Part shown: positions 11,790 through 24,100 of the stretch, piece after piece
Layout of the letters: each line of letters begins with the position of its first letter
How positions within the stretch are numbered: position 1 is the stretch's first letter
Origin: Tubiluchus corallicola
Taxonomy: Eukaryota > Animalia > Priapulida
NCBI GenBank assembly: GCA_030141605.1
Contig: JAQGDQ010000188.1
Location: 355,500-419,499, forward strand
Direction of reading: 5' to 3'
Length of the DNA stretch: 64,000 bases
The notes under the pieces: generated by a model
What the model saw: the letters and a program-made list of their open reading frames with translations, nothing else
What the model was told of the DNA's origin: nothing
Database searches by the model: none
Program-made: the position numbers and the translations under genes

Positions 11790-13040
11790 GAACTCGACAA
11801 CAAAATACTGGGTTATAAAACTTATAATAAAAGGTCTAGTTTATCAGACAGTCATCGTTCAGATGATCTCCTTGACCAAGACGTACAACATAACTCCCAT
11901 TCGTCATCCTACATTCTGGCTGCTAGTGAAGGGATAGAGTGTTACTACATGACCAAGTCATTGCGCTGATAACAGGCAATGAAACTTACATGAGCTCATA
12001 TAATTAGATAGGAAGACACGTAAATGCTTACAATGTATTGAGCATCTTCTTACAGCAGATGTAGGCAGAGTGAATGCGCCAGAGTGGGCGAAAGAGGTCT
12101 GAGAAGTGCTTATGATGCTTTACAGATGGAGTCACTCAATCCAAATGAGTATGTCAACAACAAGAGAGAGCCATTCCTAGAATGTGCCCGTGAAGGCAGA
12201 CTGACGAAGGGTGGTGAAACCAGCAAGAAATATAAAGTAATGTACCTAGAGAATGGACTGATGAGTAGAGAGGAAGAGTCTTACACATTTACGCACAAAA
12301 GTAAAAAAACCTAGGTAACAGTTAACAATGGTTAATATCTGGTGCACTAAGACCCAGAACTGAGTCATTATTGGTTGCTACGCAGCATCAAGCATTGGTC
12401 ACAAAAACATATATACTCGAATATATCATGTCATTAATAATCCATTATGTGGCACAGTGTTGCCAGACAGAAAAAACAGTAGAATTGAGTAATTGTGAAT
12501 ATTGACAAATAGATACTAAGTTAAAAAAAAACATCATGGCCGAGTAGCTAAACTCGTTCACTGGGCTTTGAATGGTAAATATGAATCCTAGAAGCTCATC
12601 TTGATAGGAACATCACACTGGCAAGGTTGTGGAAAGTCAAAAAGCACAAATTCTTTGGGATTATAGTCTTTTTGCAGATAAAGTAATACACCACAAATGC
12701 CCCAAAATAACTGTAATCGAGAAGAAAGACAAGAAAGAGGCATTGCTAATTGATATAACAGCACCATGGGATGTAAACATTAAGATTAAATATGTACAGA
12801 AGGATGAAAAAATATACTTATCTGGCAGTTGAGTTGAAGCAACATGGGAAAAGCCAACTAGTGTTGTACCGGTAATACCAGGATGCTTAGAATGTGCTGA
12901 GGGAACTTTGGAAAACACAGTTGAAAGACTAGGAATTACAGGAGAATGTAAGTGGCAGGAGTTACAGAAGCAAATCATTTTGAGTTCAGCATACATCCTG
13001 AGACAATATTGAATTTTGTAGACCCCGTGCAGGTTTTGTG
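11790..13040 (+). mobile_element. Decayed 5'-truncated RLE-type non-LTR retrotransposon (R4/Dong-like)
   Basis: Broken-frame motifs LDRKTRK (12004-12024), ADVGR...ERGLRS, LRPRTESLLVATQHQAL, a degenerate CCHC knuckle, HGRVAKLVHW, ILWDY..DKVIHHKCPKI..LLIDITAPWD (RLE) and ELQKQIILSSAYILR. Confidence 0.8.
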
Positions 13041-13074
13041 TTAATAGTACTGCTCGGGCGTAATCTAAAAGTAT

Positions 13075-13464
13075 AGCTTCGAATAATTCACCACTTCAAC
13101 TACATACATTCTTTATCATTAAAACGTTCGAAGCGGCATGCAATCAGCACAATTTAATGTAATTTCTGCATTAGAACAATTTTTAAACAAACTATATTAG
13201 TGTTATTACAGCACAATAAAATCAAGCCATGTGCATGATCTTTGCGAGACTGCTTTTTGTACTCGAAAATATATTCGAAAGTCTTTAAAAGTGATGTCGA
13301 TTTCGATTTTGATTCGAAGACTTGAACTTCTTTCGTTTTAGAGTTCTTCCTGTCCAATGTCTATGAGCATAATTGACATAATAGGCATTTTGATGATCAT
13401 CAGTTCAAAGCCAAAACTTCGAATTGATTCAAATTCGCTTTCTGAAAGAGAATACTCACCCCTT
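13075..13464 (+). mobile_element. MITE family A (hAT-like end), copy 1
   Basis: Core TTCGAATAATTCA...ACATTCTTTATCATTAAAACGTT...CATGCAAT.AGCACAATT is shared with 39780-39975(-) and 40322-40490(+). It ends AGAGAATACTCACCCC, matching the reverse complement of 39653-39668. Confidence 0.75.
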
Positions 13465-14126
13465 GATGCATTATTCTGCGCTGCTACTTGTAGTTTTGTA
13501 CTACCCCCAAAAAAGATTAAGTTACTCTTGTAACACAATCACAAATTAAATGCCTGGAGGGCGCCGACGAAGTGAAGGTACTGTATAGTGTGCTTGTGCA
13601 ATAAACCGAAAATGAATTAAATTAAATCGTCTTCATTCATGTTCTTGTGAGCCTTGTTGTGTGTGGCATTAAATTTTTCGCAGGTTTTTGTGATTTTCAC
13701 TGTCAGTCACTTATCAAAATGATTCTGTGAGGTATTTTTCTTGTTAGACTGGTAGTGACAATAGTATGCTAATAATTTCATGCCGAATAATTCAGTGTTT
13801 TGGTTATTTTATTGTACTTAGAGTTTAGAGATGTGCAAGCATAAAATATACTATTCGTGGCTCTAGTAAAAATTGCAGCCATGTGAGCGGCATTATAAAT
13901 CGAAAACTCATTTATTTCAAGTAAATAGTAGATAGATAGGTGTGGAATAAACCAGCTTCTGAAGAGTTGTTTTTATACTATAGTGTATGCACAATGCAAA
14001 GCAGCAAAAATAATGGGGTGTAGGAGAAACTGTGGTGTAGCTAAAGTAATGGGCCTCTAGTTGCGGGCTAAGTTTAACTTATTTATAAATACATGTACAA
14101 ATACAGTGATGCGTATAAATATGTAT

Positions 14127-14738
14127 ATAATGTGTGTGCTTGCGTACCAAAACCGTCCATAAGTCGGCATAGTTAAAACTACGTTACGATGCTTCAAAGC
14201 AGAGTTACCCAAAAATTTTGTCAAATGTCAATTTTTCGTATTTTGTATTTTCTTGATAATTTGCATCAAATTATCGAGAAAATGTCCTAAAAAATACTAA
14301 GAATATGATTTTATAACCCAGTGCCCACTTTTCTGGCTAGAAACTAGCACTACAATTGTGAAATACTTGTTTTTTCAAACTCTGATCGTAGCTCGTAGAA
14401 GCCGTCATTTTTCTTCGGGTTTTTTCTGTTGACAAGCCCACATCTTCGTCAGGAAGAGCCATCTACTGTATTTAAACATAGCTTCAATGTGTTCTTGGAA
14501 AATCTGTAGCAATCAACACTTTTGCAGTTGACTTTAACAGTGTTTGTCTCAAGATTACGCTTTTCAGTGCATAGCCTACACCTCAACTTCATGGTGGATT
14601 ATCTCAGCTTAGAATGAACATAGAGCAATGAGCTTGGTATCAAAATGATCGTCTTGAAATGGAGATTCAGTGTAAGTGAATAACTAGAAAAGCTTTATTG
14701 CCGACTTATGGACAATTTTGCTATGCAAACACACATAT
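14127..14738. mobile_element. TIR MITE in the SETD2 5' intron (TA-flanked)
   Basis: TIR about 40 bp with a perfect core GTCCATAAGTCGGCA (14155-14169) / TGCCGACTTATGGAC (14699-14713). Confidence 0.8.
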
Positions 14739-15162
14739 ATAGAAAGTATATAACTACAGTCATGCATATCTTACATAAACTGAAAAGCCTGTGCAAGAAA
14801 TCATCTGTAGATTATAAATTAATTTGTAGTTTGTTGTGAAGCATCCAGTATTAAATTTATTTGGGTATTGGAGATTTGAAATGTATCTAAGTATTAAAGT
14901 TTATTTTCTGTTCCATTTTTAAATGCCTTTTTAAATCTTTTGCTAAGCTTGATGCTTAGGCCATAATTTTACATGTATTATGTACAACAATTTATATAAA
15001 TAACATTAACAAGAGTCTTGTCCAGATACATTAGACTTGGTCTTCATTGTGTAACTTTTCAATTGCCAAAACTAGAGATTTTTTAATGTAGTTATTTAAC
15101 TGCATACTTTTAGCATAGTTTCACCATGTGTAAATTTTGATGGATTTCAGCAGGCTTCTAAG

Positions 15163-18100
15163 ATGGATACAGAAGAGGAGTATGATCCAGCTTTTCCTAC
15201 AGAGTAGGTATTTTGAAACTTTATACATATTTATTGTAACTTAATTAAAAAGTGGAAATTACTTCGATGATTTTCTGATTGCAGTCAAAATTTCTCAGTT
15301 TCTAATGTCCAATCAATACTGTTAAATTATTATCCATCGAATAATAATATCCATCTAAAACAGTGAATTAACAGATTATTTTGTAATAGAATCAAGAAAT
15401 TGGAAAGCATTGTGAATTAAGAGCATTGTGTTTTTGATGGTATGCTTTAGTAAACTATTTTTAAAATCTGAAAATGGTATTTGGTAAATTTTGTAACTTA
15501 TTCATGTACATGTAAGCAAATTGCTGCATGTGTACTCAGAAATTATTATAGTTAGTAGATTATAGATTACTAACTAGATGTAGCAGTACAAACACGTTAA
15601 AAAATGTAAAAAAAGAAGTTATGCTACAAAATATGTTTACTGTTGAACTGATAGTAGCTCCTAGTATATGATTTATTAGAATCTTTAATTGACATTCGAT
15701 GAAATTTCGAAACCAAAAAAATTTATTTGCAATAGATGGAGCTAAGTCAATAATTTGATTCTTGACAGTATCCAGCTTTGACAGATCTCGATCAGATGCC
15801 ATGCCAAAGTGATTCATTACAGTACAGTGAGTTCAGATTATGTGAAAAAAGTATCCCAGCTGATATGCTTTAGCATTAATAAAAGTGTATGCATATGTAT
15901 TATATAAAGACCCTGGTGCAAATAACGATGGTTTCAAGAGTTGAATGCCTGTTTAGTGTTAATTATATGTTAAAAGAGCTTATTTAAGAATATACCCGTT
16001 TTAATTTGCAACTAGACAGCAAAGTTGTGTTCAGGTATATTAGGAGGAGGCATCATTGTATTTCTTTTTGCATGTGATAGTAATTGCATTTAGATCTATT
16101 TTTGATTATTTCTTGCAGCGATGATGACAGAGAAATCAGAAGTCGACTTTCCACTACTGTCATTGATGATGCAAATATCCCTCTATTAAAAACATCAGCT
16201 GTTCGCAAACACTCCGAATTATTTCTACAAGGAAAGATTTTACCGGAGGCACCGATGCCAGTGGCGAAAAATGTCCTGGAATCAATTGTGCCCTATGAAT
16301 TAGAATATGATTCTCAAACTAATACTCCAGCAGGAACTCCAAGAGCAAATATGCCACCATTTAATATACACAACAGTATTATTTCAGAGCTCAGAAATAA
16401 AAATGAAAAAGTAAAAATTTGCAACAAAAGTAAGGACTATGATACAAGACCAGAAAACACATTAAGTTCAGCAAAGGACAATAATGAACATATAGAGGAC
16501 ATGATACAAAAGACAGCTTCCAGAAGCAGAGAAGAAGGCTTAAGCAGATCTGCCAAGTTAGCCGAAAAATTAGCTCAACGTATGAAAACTCGCTTGGAAC
16601 TGTTTGACTTTGACAGTGACAGCAATGAAGGTAGTTGTGCTTCTCGGTTTTGTAACTTGCAAACTATAAATGCATACGGTAGTGTACCAGACAGTCTTTA
16701 CATTTCTGGCAGGATCGATGATTTTGCAAACCAGACTAATGATTTACAAATCACTAGTAAGTGTACTTATTCACCCACTATCAGCACTAAACAGAAATCT
16801 TTGCCTAATAATCAGATGCCTGATTCATCGATTTTGCAATTAGAAGAGGTAAAAGGTGATGCAAAGAAAAACAATTTCAACCTTTTGGGAAACTCTTTTA
16901 ATGAAGAAAATTGTGATATTATGAGATCTAATCTACCTGCTTCTTTGTTAAACAAACACCAAAGCAAAAGTAATGAAACTGAACCTGATAGTATGTGTCA
17001 AAATGTTACTGTTGAGCCTGTAAAACCCAATGTAGAGGTAAAACCCGGAACAGAATTGCCATCTGGTGAGAGTCTGGTGGCAGATGTGTCTTTAAAGAAA
17101 AGGTTTGGAAAATTTCGCTATCTTCAGGAAGATAGAGATTCTGGATCTGAGCATGATGAAACGAAGGTTGATAAACAAGATCATAACAAACAAACAGACC
17201 TGCATTCAAATAATATTACTTTTCAGCCATTTGGAGACCATGCTAGTAGTCAAAGTACTCAAGGAATTGAGGCTGCATCTATGCCATTTGGTCCTGATGG
17301 TGATAATTCCAGTAGTATTTGTGATAGCCTACCTCTCAAGACTGAGACAGAAGAAAAAGATTTTCCAGTCTTGAAATCTAAAAAAGTGCAAAACAGACGA
17401 AGACCATCGCGATCTAGTGAGGAGAGTGAGTCCACACGACGACGTAGCAACAGAATTAAAACTCTAGAAGTGCGAAAAGAACAAGAGAAGAAACAACATG
17501 CAATAAAAATGGAAATAGAAAGAAGGAAGAAAGAAGAAGAACTTCAGCAGAAAAAGGAAGAGCCACCAAAACTAACACAGAAACTAAAACAAAAGCCTGC
17601 AGATAAACAAAGTGATGGCAAGCGTACATCAAAAAATAATAAACAAAAAGATAAAACTGTTGTACAAGCTGCAGACTCGCAAGCATTACTTCCTAAGTCA
17701 GGAAATGATGCTACAAACTTAGAAACTTCTGTTAATAATAACACATCCCCTCCGATAATTATCCCGACAGCCGTCCCTTCGCCTCCCAGACGACCCAAGC
17801 AGGAAACTACTGCATTTACTGAAGAACCACTAAAAGCAGAAAAGGTTAAATCAAGGTGGAGGCGATGGAGTGAAATGGATTTTGGCGTGAAAAGCAATAC
17901 AATTGATGCTAATGTTGTTCCTAGCTTACCTGTCTCCTCTTCTACCTCTGATGAATTGTCTATTTCCACTAGCACTGCTGTAACAGGTGCAGTGTTAGAT
18001 ACTTCGCCATATTCCCAGCCTCCACAGGCAGCTTCACAACCACTTTTAGATCAACAAGAAAATTTGCCGCACTTTGAGATGTTAACAGAAAATATTTACT

Positions 18101-21100
18101 TGACAGAAAGGTATGTCATAATTTTTTATTTAGTTGGTATACAGTGCATACATCTTTTCATCATTTTTAAATGAGTCTACAGTTTAAATTATTTTGTTTT
18201 AATGGATAGCATTGTATCAGTTTGCTTAAATTAATATTTTGTATCTTAAGGCGTATACATTCCAAGATCAGGAAGGAGATAAAACGGTACATATGTGATT
18301 GCACCACATCCCGAGAAGAGAGAAAGCGTGGGTTGTCAGCTTGTGGGACAAATTGTCTTAATCGACTATTAATGATTGAATGTACTTCGCGATGCCCAAC
18401 TGGAAGCCACTGCACTAACAAAAGATTTCAAAAGGTTTGTTTTCCTTAATATTGAAGGACTTAACATAGCTTGTTAGAAGTGTTACATTTTCTTCTGCAA
18501 TGATTACAGCTAGGGCAGTGTTGAAAGAAAGCATTTGATGTTTTTTCTTTTTACTAATATTACTGTGCATTTGAACTATAGCTTAGTTTACTTTTTAAGA
18601 CCAAATATTTTGAATTTTATTCATCATTACAACACTTTATTCCTGGTCTGCAAATCAAAAATTGTTACATGTAAGTTCCTGTTTATTGAGATATACACTT
18701 TCTATAATATTTAATTGCAATTTAAGTTGTCAAGTTAATTAAGAATAGTTACGCAATGTAAAAATATGAGGTGACAATTTCCTTCCTTGAAATTCTGATA
18801 AGTTTTCTTTTCCGATGTATGATTTCGTGTAGGGTATGATCCCCGGCAAATAAATTTTGTTGCCAGTGTCAGTTAGCTAAAGTTGCCTAGATTTTACGGT
18901 ATCTGCTGTCTCTTTTTTCTTCTCCTCTCATTACACTTTTCATGCTTCCCTTTTATGTGTCTGTTAAAAGTAATTGGGTCTTACAGTCTTGCATCTCTGT
19001 GAACCAAATGAGCTCTATGTGGATTATATGTCTGGTTTCAGGTTGAAAATGCAAAAGTTGAGCCCTTTAAGACTGAGATGAAGGGTTGGGGCTTAAGGGC
19101 CACGGAAAATATTGACAAGTAAGTTTCAGCTACTTGAATTTAATTAAACAATAAATATAATACAATGTATTGTCTCTTTTTTGTTTTTTGCTTTACATAT
19201 TTTTTTTACTGTTGATGGCATTTGCAACCAGAGTAGTTTCTGAGAGCAAAATGATTGTTCTTGTACTAAGGAATTTCCAATGCAAGTCTTTTTGTTATAT
19301 TAAGGGGGACGTTTGTGATGGAGTATGTTGGTGAAGTGCTAAACCATCGACAATTCAAGGAACGAGTAAAACAGTACAACAAGGAAGAAAATAAACATTT
19401 TTACTTCATGGCTCTGCAAAGTGATGAGATTATTGATGCAACTCAAAAGGGCAATATTTCTCGCTTTATTAACCATAGCTGTGATCCTAACTGCGAAACA
19501 CAAAAGGTGGGTTTAATTAATCTGCACGAGTTACTCTATATTCCATGTACATTTAAAAATTCATGTTTATTCTGTAACCTTGTTACTGCTTTAGATTAAA
19601 TCTTATCTCAATGTTTCATTCTTACAAAAATGTGTTTCTTGTGATAAAAGCTTGAGATTGCTTATATTATTCCTTGAGCTGTCTTGATAAGTAGTATGGC
19701 AACAATCATTTAAAGAGAGTTGATTTGTTAATAACTGCTATGTGATTGAGAGTCCAAAATTTTGTTCAAATTAAAAAATATTTATGTCCTTGCCTGGTAA
19801 ACTCTATTTTTTGTTATTGTGTTCATGTAGTTTTAAATATTGTTTTTTTAAAGCCATAACACTGTATTTTTGTGATATTTCGTTATGTCAACAATTTTAG
19901 TTTGGTACACACTGGGCAAGTGCCCATTTTCATTTATTTTGACATCTTTTCTGCACCAGGACACTCATTGGCAACATTTAGTAATATATCTGATGCTGTC
20001 CTGTGAAATTATATTTTATTCATAATATTGTATTATGCCCTGCACATTTCTTCTGCATTATTTTAGTGGACAGTAAATGGAGCATTGCGTGTTGGATTTT
20101 TTACTACCAAATCTATACAAAAAAATGAAGAACTTTCATTTGACTATCAGTTCCAGAGATATGGGTATGTTTTCTTTGCTAGTACTAGTACTCTTACATA
20201 GTACTAGTTTTTGTAAACTTTTGCCTTGTGTTTTGGTTTTGAAATTATTTAAGGTTTATTTCCTATATTCATTGTAAAAACTACTCCATAGTCATTTCTT
20301 GTTCTGTATCTCGTAGTGTTGCTCCGGATATCCGATTTGTATCCGAAAATGATGGTATTCGCGAGATTCTACTGGTATTCATATTTGTTATTAACCGGTA
20401 GAGAAATGGAGGTTGTTTTAGCCTATGTTTGTGTTTTCAAGGCGAAAATTTTACACATCTTTTTTCGTTTGCGTGTGGTAATACGGTGTATCTTCGGGCT
20501 AGTACTTTAAGATGATAGCCTTTTACTAATTTTTCATTATACGAACTGATCCGCATATTCGATCGGAATTTAGCTAACCTCTCCGGTTATAATCCTTATC
20601 CGGAAGTCAATTTGAGGAAATATCTGATGATAACCGGTATTCGCTGTCCGTCAAAAAAGTGTATCCAGAATAACATTAGTATCTCGGATTTCACCACCTT
20701 TCTGCCAGTCATATCTCTCTTACAGTTAGAAGTTTTAAAATTTTGCTAACAGTTGGTGTATAAAAGGGTACTTTGCATGATCAGAAGTTTAGCATATCTG
20801 TCGATGGTGTTTCGGGCCTGGTTGTAAAGGTTATTTCAAATCTTTTAGTTTTAGTTGGTTATATTTCATCATTAAGCCTTTTCACAGTTTTTGCTCACAC
20901 ATGCACTTGCTGTAGGTCAAAGGTTAAGTGTACAACAGCAATGCATCTTAAATACAACTGACACATGATGTGTGGGTAAAGCAAAGCCATCTGCTGCGTT
21001 AGTTCCGTAATGTTACTTGTTTTACTTGGCAATTACTTGTTGAGTATGCATTAGTCTGTGCGTAGAATAGGATTTTGCTTGGGAACAAAGAAAACAAACT

Positions 21101-24100
21101 AGGTAAGGTTCTAGCTAGCTGTTAAAACTGTTACTGTTACAATGGCATGGGCTGTGAGGCATTACCAAGTGTGCACAAATGCATTGTCTGGTACACTTAA
21201 CCTTTTATCTTTTCACGGTCATCATCAATTGCTGAAACTGTGAAAAGGTTTATTGTTTGAGCTAAAGTGTAAATTACACTAGTGGTTAGTAGTGAGAGAG
21301 TAAATTTCCTATTGGAATTTGATAAAATCCATCGTTGATAATTCAAAAGTCAACTGACTTTAAAATTAAATATTGCTGATTGATGTGCCATTAGTGAAAC
21401 TAATTTGTATCATTTATGAATTTTTCTCTGTTATCCACATGAAATCTTATCAGAAACTCTATTTTGTTGCGTTTGAATCTGTGCGTTCATTGTTGTGATT
21501 TTAGTTTTAACTTCTCAGCTGGTGAGACGTACATTATATAAGTTTTGACTTAAGGTAAAAGAGACTTCCTAAGATTGTTAACTTGATATGATTTTTGACT
21601 TCTATGATCATCTTTTTTGTATTAAGGATCTATTTATCATTACTACATGATTATAAATGAAGAATCATTACTATATTCTTTCAGGAAAGAAGCACAGAAA
21701 TGTTACTGTGGTGCAGTCAATTGTCGTGGTTATATAGGTTCTGAAGAGAAGACTGAGATGATAAGTTTGAACAAATCTCAAAGCAAAAATGACAAAAGTG
21801 TTATTGCAAAGAGGAAGGTCAAACGGCGGGACTCATTTGAAGATATTTCAGTATGTTTTTGTGCTAAACTTAATGCCATTTCTGAGATGGCAATAATGTT
21901 TTGTTTTTCAATGAACCCCAGAAACTACTAGTCTTTGAACATGTTTTCTAACATGTTGCATAATGACAGCGGTTTTAATTAAACTCTTATTTAAAAACGT
22001 TGTGGTAACGTTACATGCATAAACTGTGTAATGCATATTCCAGAACACTTTCATGCAGTAAAATATTGCTGTCATTGATGAATTAGTATTTATGTGCACA
22101 AATACTAACCATAGTATTTTTTAATAGTTATGTAGTACAAAGTCATACTGACAAACTAAATACATATGCCTCACTTATGAGTACATGTTTTTGCAGCTGG
22201 ACACAGAGATAAAAAGACTTCAAGAAACTGGCATCAAAAATAGGACTCACGTTTTGAATCTTGCTCGTTTAATGGTTCGAGCAGAATCCTTGCCCGATAG
22301 ACTTGCTCTCCTGAATTTATTGCAGGTAATGCCTTATGGAATTCAGAGTAAACTTGAAACTGTTGGTCGTATGCAATGAACCAGTGTTTTGTGTTGTAAC
22401 CATTGCAGTGAGCTTTTGTCGTATCCTGTAATCTAGCTTTGACTTTTTGAGGCCAATTTAAAAATTGTTATGGTTATTTAACCTACTATTGTAGTTATTA
22501 GTTAAGTTTTTAGAGTCAACAGCCATGAAAATTTGCTTGCTTTCTTTCAGTCAATTGAAGAACGTGCATGTCTGCGCAACTTCTTAGATTATCATGGTCT
22601 GAGACTTCTGTGGAGTTGGATGGTTGATGTTCCGGAAGATGGTCGAGAACTGAAATCACAGGTATCAAAGCCATAAGTTAATGTCATTAAGCTTTTAGTG
22701 GCTATTTTGGCCCAGTATCGCTAGCCTGTAACTAGATTTGCTTGTTCAATGAAGAAAACAAGGATGGTTTTTCAGACCATACGTAAGTTTGACCTGAAAT
22801 ATAAACTTTGTTACCTATAATGATTGATTACCAAAAAATTTCACATAATTCAATTGTAAATTAGATGTTTAATTAATGGTTCACGAGGACAACTAGTGGT
22901 TTCATCTCCACAGGATGCTTTTTTCAATGGCAACAATTTTTTGCCTTTCCAATACCTTAGATCATAGATCATTTTGAGAAGCAATCTTAATTCGGGTGTT
23001 TTTTCCTTTAATTGCTGCTGTGTCTACTCAAAAATAGCTATGATCCTGCATCGTTTACTGTGTTACATTTGCATAATTTTATGTTTTTGTATAGGTTCTT
23101 CAAACATTAGCTCAGCTTCCTATTCCTAATCGTAACATGTTAAATGATAGCCGGGTAGCTGAAGTTGTTAAAAGGTGGGCTAAGGAGGCAGAAGAAATGA
23201 AATCTAAGCAAATCAGTGATCAGTCTTCACAACAGCTGAAAGATGGTGCATCACCAGTGGCTACAAAGACACTTCGCAATGATACACCAAGTGTAACAGC
23301 AACTCCTGAACATGACACGTCGAGCCCTTCATCAAAATCTTTTTTTGCACATGTTTCTAGAAAGGTTTCTAGAGATGCAGCATCTGTGCCTTCATTTTTT
23401 ACTGACTTAGACAGTGACTCTAATGAAGTGCTTGGGGGAAAATTGTGTGTATCAAAGGGAAAATTAAAACTAGCAGACAGTACCAGCGATGTATTTAATA
23501 ATGAAAACAGTTTGCATTTCCCCAGAACTTCAGCTTTTGAACATTTACAAAGTGTTAACAATATTTGTCAGGCAGTTGAAGATCAGCAGATTGACAATCT
23601 TCCCGTATTACTTGTAATATATTCCTTAGTGAATTCAGTAACCAGTTTCTTAGGAAAAGTGAATGGCGAATGTGAGTTTCCTGTGTCAGAGGATGTGTCT
23701 GCTTTGCAAGAAGCTTATAATTTAGAAATCGATGCTTTTGAAATTGCCAGTGACCATTTGGCAATAAAAGAATCAGATTTGCAACAGCTGGAGCAGTGTG
23801 ACAAATTACCTGTTTCCTCTAAGCCAGACGTAGTGAAAGGTAATGAGCAGGTGAAGTTGGAGTCATCACATGAGTCCGGAGGTACATTTGTCACACCTGC
23901 TGAGTCAGTAGATGCTAAGTCAGATGCAGTGGAAAATGGAGTGAAACAAGAATTGACAGAAAGCTCTGACACTGATTTTACTAAAACAGATGATGAATCT
24001 AGTCAAAATGATATCAAGAGTGAAGCTGAAGACTTTGAAGCAAAGAAGCTTAAAGCAGAAAACCTTGCCAAAATGGCAACACAACTATTAGATAGTTGGC

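Noticed and set aside
10877-11803. Poly-Leu, poly-Ile and poly-Asn ORFs
   Set aside because: They are translations of trinucleotide microsatellites.
17006-17975. Antisense and alternative-frame ORFs over SETD2 exon 2
   Set aside because: Shadow ORFs with no recognisable motifs.
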